Source: an uncultured Candidatus Saccharibacteria bacterium
GTDB lineage: Bacteria; Patescibacteriota; Minisyncoccia; 2-02-FULL-40-12; GWA2-44-9
DNA: 56,630 nt
Reading direction: 5' to 3'
NCBI GenBank assembly: GCA_964356795.1
Contig: CAYHIK010000007.1
Coordinates: forward strand, 1-56,630
The notes below the pieces were generated by a model. It was not told where the DNA came from and did not search any database. It saw nothing but the letters and a program-made list of their open reading frames with translations. Both the position numbers and the translations under genes were made by a program. This document shows, piece by piece, positions 39,045-45,873 of this stretch (positions within the stretch are counted from its first letter, which is position 1; each line of letters opens with the position of its first letter).

Positions 39045-39311
39045 ATGGTAGAAGTAAAAAGGAAAGCGAACGAATCAACGGGCAGTATGCTGCGCCGATT
39101 TTCGCGTTTCGTGCAGCAGTCCGGGGTACTCCTTCGCAAGAAGAGCTTGAAGTTTCGCCCTAAGAAGCTCACGGAGCGACAGGAAAAGAACAAAGCAATC
39201 ATGGGAGTCCATCTTCGCAAGCTCCGCCAGAATTTGGAGAAGCTTGGTAAGTACAGCGAAGATTCATTCGATGAAGCAAAGCGTCGATTGAAGCAGGAGA
39301 TCGATCTATAA
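39045..39311 (+). CDS. rpsU: Ribosomal protein bS21
   Basis: VEVKRK.NES..SMLRRF, basic; located in HIT-rpsU-yqeY-ybeY context. Confidence 0.8.
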   Translation: MVEVKRKANESTGSMLRRFSRFVQQSGVLLRKKSLKFRPKKLTERQEKNKAIMGVHLRKLRQNLEKLGKYSEDSFDEAKRRLKQEIDL

Positions 39312-39353
39312 TGTTTTAGCGCCCGTCTCCGCGAGGAGACGAGGCCATACACG

Positions 39354-39851
39354 ATGTCACTTAAAGACACTATCAAAGACGACATGAAGGCAGCATTCAA
39401 GGCTGGTGATACGGTTACGCGTAGCACGCTCACGATGCTGTTATCTGTCATTCAAAACCGAGAGCTTGAGAAGCGCGCCAAACTTATGAAAGCCGGCGCA
39501 ATCACTGAAGCGGAAGTCGCAGAGAAGTCGCTCTTGAGCGATGCCGAGGTGACTGATGCAATTATGAGCGAACTGAAGAAGCGTAAAGATGCAGTCGTAC
39601 AGTACGAATCCGCAGGTCGCCCAGAGCTTGCTGCAGGAGAATCTGCTGAAGCTGCGATATTGATGAAGTATATGCCAGAACAGCTAAGCGAAGACGCAGT
39701 GAAGGCACTCATCGCCGAGGCAATCGCCTCAACCGGCGCTGCTGGCGCGGGAGATATGGGTAAGGTTATGGGCGCTGTCACTCAAAAGACAAAAGGAAAA
39801 TTCGACGGTGCGCGCGTGAATGAACTCGTTCGCGAGGCGCTTGGTGCATAG
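39354..39851 (+). CDS. yqeY: GatB/YqeY domain protein
   Basis: DMKAA.KA, KKR.DA..QY..GR.EL, DMGKVMG. Confidence 0.92.
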   Translation: MSLKDTIKDDMKAAFKAGDTVTRSTLTMLLSVIQNRELEKRAKLMKAGAITEAEVAEKSLLSDAEVTDAIMSELKKRKDAVVQYESAGRPELAAGESAEAAILMKYMPEQLSEDAVKALIAEAIASTGAAGAGDMGKVMGAVTQKTKGKFDGARVNELVREALGA

Positions 39852-39866
39852 CTGGATTGCCGACTG

Positions 39867-40316
39867 ATGATTGATATTGTGCTGAACAATCGCACGAAAA
39901 GCCGCGCCTTCGAGCGTGCCTTTTTCGTGCGCGTCATCGAGGCGACTAAATCGTTTCTCAAAATTCCAAACGGCCATACGGCCGAGGTTGGGGTGACCCT
40001 TGTGGACGCGCAGGCGATGCAGAAGCTCAACAGCGAGCGTCGCGGAATTAATACTCCAACGGACGTATTATCTTTTCCACTCCACATGGAGCCAATTAAA
40101 GGATATACTTCAGTATTGTTGGGTGACCTTTTCATCTGCCCAGAGGTGGTGCGCGCAAAAGCAATTCAGGAAGATCGGGGTCAGCGCGCGCGGATGGCGT
40201 GGACGATTGTCCATGGCATGTTGCATCTCGTGGGATATGATCATGAAGGCTCCACCAATGAAGCGAATCGAATGTTTGAGGCGGAGCGCACCATACTATC
40301 AGCGTTGAACCTGTGA
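39867..40316 (+). CDS. ybeY: rRNA maturation RNase YbeY
   Basis: PTDVLSFP, LGD, HGMLHLVGYDH. Confidence 0.95.
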   Translation: MIDIVLNNRTKSRAFERAFFVRVIEATKSFLKIPNGHTAEVGVTLVDAQAMQKLNSERRGINTPTDVLSFPLHMEPIKGYTSVLLGDLFICPEVVRAKAIQEDRGQRARMAWTIVHGMLHLVGYDHEGSTNEANRMFEAERTILSALNL

Positions 40317-41554
40317 GTAATCCTTACACCATTTGCGGAATTGATATCGGCAACACATCCATGAAGGTTGTTGTTGCGAGCGTGAACCCCGCATCGGTGC
40401 AACCAGAAATTATTGGAGCGAGTTCGGTCCCATCCACGTCCGCACTTCGTGCGGGCGAAATTGTTGATATGAAGGAAGCAATCGACACGCTTCGCACCGC
40501 GTTGCTTCAGGCCGCATCCATGGCGGGCGCACCTATTCGTCGTGCTTATTTATCGGTGAGCGGTCTGCATGTGCTGACCCAAGTCTCCAAGGGAACCATT
40601 GCAATTGGTCGTCCCGATGGTGAGATTACGGCAAGCGATATCGATCGCGTGATTAATACTGCGCAAGTCGTCTCACTTCCGCCAAATCGAGAAATCATTC
40701 ACGTGATTCCGCGTGAGTTTGTTATTGATGGCACGGAGCACGTGCGAGATCCGCTCGGCATGAAAGGTGTTCGCCTCGAAGCCGATGTTCTCATCGTCCA
40801 CGGGCTTACGCGCCACCTCAAAAACGTTGCAAAATGCGCCAATGAGTGCGGTGTCGAAGTTGCGGGATTTGTCTTTGCGCCACTCGCCGCTTCCATGTCA
40901 GTGCTTGATAAGCACCAGAAAGAATTTGGCGTTGCGCATCTTGATTTCGGTGGGGGTACCGCAAGCCTTACCGTCTGGGATCAGGCGGATATGGTGCATA
41001 GCGCAATCATGAAAGTCGGTTCGCGTCATATTACCAATGACCTCGCCATACTACTGAAGACATCGTTGGAGACCGCCGAGCAAATCAAAGTAGGGGTTGG
41101 TATCGTGAATGAGCACTGGGATCGTCGCAAGAAGCCTGAGCTTGTCGATTTGAGCTCATTCATGGAGGAGCCATTCAGTGTTCAGCGTCGCGATCTCATG
41201 GGGGCCATCGAGGCACGCACCCGCGAACTTCTCGAGATGGTTCAGCAAGAACTTCAAAAAGCTGGCAAAGATGGAAAGCTTCCTGCAGGCGTTGTGGTGT
41301 CGGGTGGAGGTTCAAAGCTCCCCGGATTTACCGCGCTCGTGCGTGACACGCTCGGACTTCCCACCAAAAATGCAAAGCTGGTGGGCGCTGAATCATTTGA
41401 TGCAGGAATGGACCCGGTCTACTCAGTAGCCACGGGGCTTGTTGTGTGGGGATTTGAACGAGAGGTCGGCGGAGGCATGCGTCCCGAGGGTTCTTCTCAG
41501 GTGAGTGGGCTCTTAAAGTCCGCTCGACAATGGCTGAAAAATTTCCTACCTTGA
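40313..41554 (+). CDS. ftsA: Cell division protein FtsA
   Basis: GIDIG, P.GMKGVRLE, DFGGGT, SGGGSKL, C-terminal amphipathic WLKNFLP. Confidence 0.96.
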   Translation: MSNPYTICGIDIGNTSMKVVVASVNPASVQPEIIGASSVPSTSALRAGEIVDMKEAIDTLRTALLQAASMAGAPIRRAYLSVSGLHVLTQVSKGTIAIGRPDGEITASDIDRVINTAQVVSLPPNREIIHVIPREFVIDGTEHVRDPLGMKGVRLEADVLIVHGLTRHLKNVAKCANECGVEVAGFVFAPLAASMSVLDKHQKEFGVAHLDFGGGTASLTVWDQADMVHSAIMKVGSRHITNDLAILLKTSLETAEQIKVGVGIVNEHWDRRKKPELVDLSSFMEEPFSVQRRDLMGAIEARTRELLEMVQQELQKAGKDGKLPAGVVVSGGGSKLPGFTALVRDTLGLPTKNAKLVGAESFDAGMDPVYSVATGLVVWGFEREVGGGMRPEGSSQVSGLLKSARQWLKNFLP

Positions 41555-41579
41555 CTCTTTCTGATTTTAATGCTATTAT
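41551..41579 (+). promoter_or_regulatory. Promoter of DGR target gene, overlapping ftsA stop codon
   Basis: TTGACT-17 nt-TATTAT. Confidence 0.65.
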
Positions 41580-41664
41580 TGACTTGTAGGCTCTCTACGA
41601 GTTTTTAGGCCCATTCCGGGCGTCCAAAGACTGCGGTCTTTGAAAACAAACATTCAGAAAGGAA

Positions 41665-42411
41665 ATGCTCATGCGAAAGAAGCGTGAGAATGTCCCTAAC
41701 CCAGCATCGTACGAGCAGATGAGGGAAGTGCTCGCGATGGTGGTCAAGGCAGTTCCTCGGCTGTCCGAGGAGCGCGCCAAGTACTTCGTCGGGCGTCAGC
41801 GGCAGGTCGCGGCTAGCATCCGCGCCATCTTCTCCGACCCCGCTCCCGCCGTGCAGCACAAAGTCCTCGAGCCGTGGATCACCTTCTACCAAGCCGAGTT
41901 CGGCATTGAGCTGGACCCTGCCACGGTCCGCGTCCCCGATCCAAAGCCCGGATTCGGCGCACTGATCGTGGTGGTCCCCGGCATCACCATCGAGCGCGCG
42001 CTCACGCAGTGCCAGAAGTATTTCAAAATCTGGCGCTGGACCACCAGCGATCTGGATGCGCTCATCACGAGCACCCGAACTGCCACTACGGCTCCGTATG
42101 CCGTCTGGCACCGTGCTGGAACCGAGGCGGACGCGGAGCACAAGAACAAGTCGTACAACACACTCCAGCAGGAGGGCGTCATCGGTTGCACTCTCCTGGA
42201 GTACGTGCTTTATCATCTGTTCCACTTCCGCGTCTTCTCGACGCACCTGGACTCCGAGAACATCACACTCTGCACTGGGTCGTTGTATCGCGATGGCCTC
42301 GTGGCGTGCGCGGGCTGGATCGTCGGCCGCAGCACGTTGTATGTGCATTGGTACGACCGCGCCAGCGCGGATGACAATCTGCGTGTGCGTGAGGTGGTTC
42401 CGATGCCGTAA
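41665..42411 (+). CDS. DGR variable (target) protein, probable C-type lectin-like C-terminal domain
   Basis: Last ~45 codons are the VR; ends NLRVREVV; GAAAGGA SD; no signal peptide or TM seen. Confidence 0.9.
   Translation: MLMRKKRENVPNPASYEQMREVLAMVVKAVPRLSEERAKYFVGRQRQVAASIRAIFSDPAPAVQHKVLEPWITFYQAEFGIELDPATVRVPDPKPGFGALIVVVPGITIERALTQCQKYFKIWRWTTSDLDALITSTRTATTAPYAVWHRAGTEADAEHKNKSYNTLQQEGVIGCTLLEYVLYHLFHFRVFSTHLDSENITLCTGSLYRDGLVACAGWIVGRSTLYVHWYDRASADDNLRVREVVPMP
42274..42394 (+). repeat. DGR variable repeat (VR)
   Basis: 121-bp ungapped match to TR, 15 mismatches all opposite TR adenines. Confidence 0.97.
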
Positions 42412-42438
42412 CCCTTGCACCTTGGTGCTGGTACCCTT

Positions 42439-42476
42439 GGTCCAGTCGGCTCCTGCCGGCTGGACCTTCTTTTTTT
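42439..42476 (+). terminator. Hairpin downstream of VR (terminator and/or DGR homing hairpin)
   Basis: GGTCCAGTCGGC-TCCT-GCCGGCTGGACC followed by TTCTTTTTTT. Confidence 0.7.
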
Positions 42477-42660
42477 GTTATACTCTTCTTACGGCTCATA
42501 CAATCGGCTCATGAGAGTATCGATTTGCCGAATAATCGGAATTGCGTGTCCAGTGCTGGTGAGGATGCAAAATACTCCCTCTTGAATAAATCCGGTGCAT
42601 GCCGGGAACGCAGACAATTCTTGTGAGGACTGTCGGTGAGTTGGATGGCATTGGACGCAA

Positions 42661-42781
42661 AATGGGTCGTTGTATCGCGATGGCAACGTGGCGAACGCGA
42701 ACTGGAACGTCGACAACAGCACGTTGTATGTGAATTGGTACAACCGCGCCAACGCGAATGACAATCTGCGTGTGCGTGAGG
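42661..42781 (+). repeat. DGR template repeat (TR)
   Basis: AAC/AAT-rich invariant copy of VR (31 adenines, 11 AAY codons). Confidence 0.97.
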
Positions 42782-42825
42782 CAATACCGACAGAAATCTC
42801 CCTAAAGCGTGGGAGATTTCTGTAT

Positions 42826-43146
42826 TTAGGAGAGGTATCGCAACCAGCCAGATGTCATTTTTGAGATGTCTCGCAACTCTATCTCGCTTTGCAAATACCA
42901 CTTCTCATGGACGATGCACAACTCTCGCATAAGTCGGATGAGGCGCTTGAGCGTTTCAATGCGCACTCGGGCGCGGGTGAGCGAGATTTGCTTTTCCGGT
43001 TTTTGCCCTAGTGCGGCAGAGAGGATGTCTTGAATGATGTCGAGGCAAAGCTTGTCTGCTGCTGCATAGATACCATGCCGCTCCCGTTTGGGGAGTTTAG
43101 CTCCGATACTGTAGAATAGTTTGTAGAATTCAAACACTCTATGCAC
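42826..43146 (-). CDS. avd: DGR accessory variability determinant (Avd-like four-helix bundle); ATG at 43183 is out of frame
   Basis: LPKRER, IETLKRLIRL, DISKMTSGW pattern; located between TR and RT. Confidence 0.88.
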   Translation of the reverse strand: MHRVFEFYKLFYSIGAKLPKRERHGIYAAADKLCLDIIQDILSAALGQKPEKQISLTRARVRIETLKRLIRLMRELCIVHEKWYLQSEIELRDISKMTSGWLRYLS

Positions 43147-43165
43147 AATCGGGGCCTGGAAATCG

Positions 43166-44146
43166 TTGGGGGGGGGTATTCATGGTGATGATGTGTTTAA
43201 TCGCATCGTATCCCTTGAGAATCTGTTTTTAGCATGGCGCGAATTTCGAAAAGGCAAGCGTGCAAAACATGATGTGCAGCAGTTCGAGTTTGCGTTGGAG
43301 GACAACATTTTCCAACTGCACGACGAATTGGTCAGCAGAGCATATCGACATGATGTGTATGTACCATTTTCTATCAACGATCCCAAGCCCCGACACATTC
43401 ACAAGGCGACCGTTCGTGATCGATTACTCCATCATGCGATATTTCGGGTATTGTATCCCGTATTTGATCGCTGTTTCATATTCGACTCCTATTCGTGCAG
43501 AATCAAGAAGGGCACGCATCGCGCGGTGAGGCGATTGCAGGTCTTTGCTCGTAAGGCCAGCGCAAATAATTCTCGGAATTTCTTTGCGCTCAAGTGCGAT
43601 ATTCGGCGCTACTTCGATTCAATTGATCACCGGATCTTACGCTCACTTATCCATCGAAATATTGTCGATTGCGACGCGCTCTGGCTTATAGGGCAGATAC
43701 TCAACAGCTATCACCAATTCCCCGGCACTGGCTTGCCGCTGGGCAATGTGACGAGTCAGCTATTTGCGAATATCTATCTTCATGAGTTGGATCGGTTTGT
43801 GAAGCATGAGCTTCGAGCCCCGTTCTATATGCGATACTGTGACGATTTTCTATTACTTGGTAGTAGCGCGGAGCAACTGCTTCAGGCGAAAGACGACATC
43901 GCTGATTTTCTCCAGCAAAGACTTCGATTGCAGATGCATCCGAATAAGGTCGCACTCTATACTCATCGTCAGGGAATCGATTTTGTTGGGTATGTGGTAC
44001 GACCACATTGCACGACGCTCCGGACAAAAACGAGGCGTCGGATATTGGAGCGCGTCACCTCGGAGAATAAGCCTGCGTATCTTGGAATTTTGCAACACTG
44101 TAACGGATATAAATTTGCAGAAATACTAAAAAGAATGGTAAGGTGA
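43166..44146 (+). CDS. DGR reverse transcriptase; ATG at 43141 is out of frame
   Basis: KPRHI, RDRLLHHA, KCDIRRYFDSI, GLPLGNVTSQLFAN, RYCDDF, IDFVGY. Confidence 0.96.
   Translation: MGGGIHGDDVFNRIVSLENLFLAWREFRKGKRAKHDVQQFEFALEDNIFQLHDELVSRAYRHDVYVPFSINDPKPRHIHKATVRDRLLHHAIFRVLYPVFDRCFIFDSYSCRIKKGTHRAVRRLQVFARKASANNSRNFFALKCDIRRYFDSIDHRILRSLIHRNIVDCDALWLIGQILNSYHQFPGTGLPLGNVTSQLFANIYLHELDRFVKHELRAPFYMRYCDDFLLLGSSAEQLLQAKDDIADFLQQRLRLQMHPNKVALYTHRQGIDFVGYVVRPHCTTLRTKTRRRILERVTSENKPAYLGILQHCNGYKFAEILKRMVR
43168..43176. promoter_or_regulatory. G9/C9 homopolymer in the overlapping 5' ends of RT and avd (candidate phase-variation tract)
   Basis: G8 or G11 would join both upstream ATGs to their ORFs. 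Confidence 0.6.
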
Positions 44147-44245
44147 GAGGCACTTATCAACAGAGATATACACAGGGGAGGGAGCGCTGTTTGCGCCCCC
44201 TTTTCATTTGTGATAAACCGCGAGTGCAGTATATAGAAATCTGTT

Positions 44246-44333
44246 ACCCCGACGAGGTCCGAGCGACTTCTAGAGCGAGAGGCCAGAGGCCAGAGGCCAG
44301 AGGCCGTGCATGAGGAGGGCTGGGGAGGCAGGA
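44246..44333 (+). repeat. Dispersed repeat family C copy 1, with (AGAGGCC)4
   Basis: Matches 55914-55988. Confidence 0.9.
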
Positions 44334-44414
44334 GTGAATCATAGAGCAGTAGCGAGATGAATGAACGACGCTGGAAGGGGCCAAGCAGAGCGCCGGCCCG
44401 CTCCAGATACACGC

Positions 44415-45635
44415 ATGCCACAAGTAAAACCACAATTTGAAACATTTGCCCGGCTGAAGGTTGTTGGCGTTGGTGGTTCGGGGTGCAACGCATTGGCGCG
44501 CATGATTGAGGCGCGCATTCATGGCGTTGAGTTTATCGCAGTCAATACCGATGCGCAGGCATTGCATAGTAGTCCCGCGTCAGTGAAGGTCCACGTTGGT
44601 AAATCGCTTACGCGTGGGCTTGGTGCGGGCATGAATCCCGAAATTGGACGACAGGCCGCCGTTGATACCAAAGAAGAAATCCAGAGCGCACTTCGTGGCG
44701 CCGATATGGTGTTCATCGCGTGTGGGTTGGGCGGAGGCACCGGCACAGGCGCTGCGCCCGTGATTGCAGATATCGCCCGTGAGATGGGCGCGCTCACCGT
44801 GGCTGTTGTGACGAAGCCATTTATGTTCGAGGGCAATGCTCGTATGCGTATCGCAGAAGAGGGGCTCACGACGCTTCGCGAGAAAGTCGATTCCATTATC
44901 GTGATTCCAAACGACCGCATCTTGAGCATCATCGATCGCAAGACTCCCGCGCGCGAGGCGTTTCAGATTGTAGATGATGTGCTTCGCCAAGGTGTGCAGG
45001 GAGTGTCGGATCTCATCACGCGCCACGACATCATTAATGCTGACTTCAACGACGTGAAAAAGGTGATGGCGAATTCTGGTTCCGCATTGATGGGAATCGG
45101 TGTTGCATCGGGTGATGACCGCGCAATCGAAGCGGCAAAGCTTGCGATTAACTCTCCGTTGCTCGATGTATCCATCGAGGGCGCAAAGGGTGTCTTGCTC
45201 AACTTACGTGGCGGAGAGGATATGTCGATGGCCGAGGTTGCAGAGGCAGCGAGTATCATCACGCAACACGTTGATCGCGATGCCAACATCATCTTTGGTA
45301 TGGGGTACGATGAGGTGAGCGAACTCAAGAAAGGAGAAATCAAGGTGACGGTGATTGCGACTGGATTTTCGGGAGGATTCCAGCCTGCGCGTGTATCGCT
45401 CACCAATCAAGCGCAGCGCGCTCCAGCGTCTGATATCAGTTTCTTCGGAAGTGAGCCGGTACGTCCTGCGCCACAACCCCGACCCGAGCAGTCTTCATTT
45501 TCACCACCACAGCCAGCACAATCTTCTTCTTCGATGACACAGCAGACGTCTTCGCGAGACACCATCACCGATCCATCTGTTGCAGAAGATTTTGATCTCG
45601 ACATTCCCGCGTTCATCCGACGGAAGATGAAATAG
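44415..45635 (+). CDS. ftsZ: Cell division protein FtsZ
   Basis: VGVGGSG, NTDAQAL, GGGTGTG, NADF.D, C-terminal DIPAFIRR. Confidence 0.98.
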   Translation: MPQVKPQFETFARLKVVGVGGSGCNALARMIEARIHGVEFIAVNTDAQALHSSPASVKVHVGKSLTRGLGAGMNPEIGRQAAVDTKEEIQSALRGADMVFIACGLGGGTGTGAAPVIADIAREMGALTVAVVTKPFMFEGNARMRIAEEGLTTLREKVDSIIVIPNDRILSIIDRKTPAREAFQIVDDVLRQGVQGVSDLITRHDIINADFNDVKKVMANSGSALMGIGVASGDDRAIEAAKLAINSPLLDVSIEGAKGVLLNLRGGEDMSMAEVAEAASIITQHVDRDANIIFGMGYDEVSELKKGEIKVTVIATGFSGGFQPARVSLTNQAQRAPASDISFFGSEPVRPAPQPRPEQSSFSPPQPAQSSSSMTQQTSSRDTITDPSVAEDFDLDIPAFIRRKMK

Positions 45636-45873
45636 ATGTTCCAAAACCGACGACGCCCACGGGGGCGTTTTTGGTTTTATTTGCGCCACAGAATCGAGAT
45701 TGGTCAAAATATTTATCCACATTGCTCCCCGGTGCCAGTACACTACAATGGAGGTCCTATCCTCCGTAGAGGGTGAAGTTTACAAAAGCATACCGCCGCC
45801 CCACCGCACCCCGTGCGGTGTGTTACGCCCCCCACGCCCTGGTGGACGCTTCGGTGGTGTGCCCACGTTGCCG

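Larger units (their letters stand above)
41551..44146 (+). mobile_element. Diversity-generating retroelement (target/VR, TR, inverted avd, RT)
   Basis: VR/TR pair differing only at TR adenines, Avd-like ORF, DGR-type RT. Confidence 0.96.

Noticed and set aside
42670-42864. Asn-rich 64-aa ORF resembling the target C-terminus
   Set aside because: It is the TR read in the VR frame, an RNA template and not a supported gene.
43166-44146. RT as a group II intron or retron
   Set aside because: No maturase or endonuclease extension or intron domain V seen; the LGNVTSQ motif, TR/VR pair and Avd indicate a DGR.
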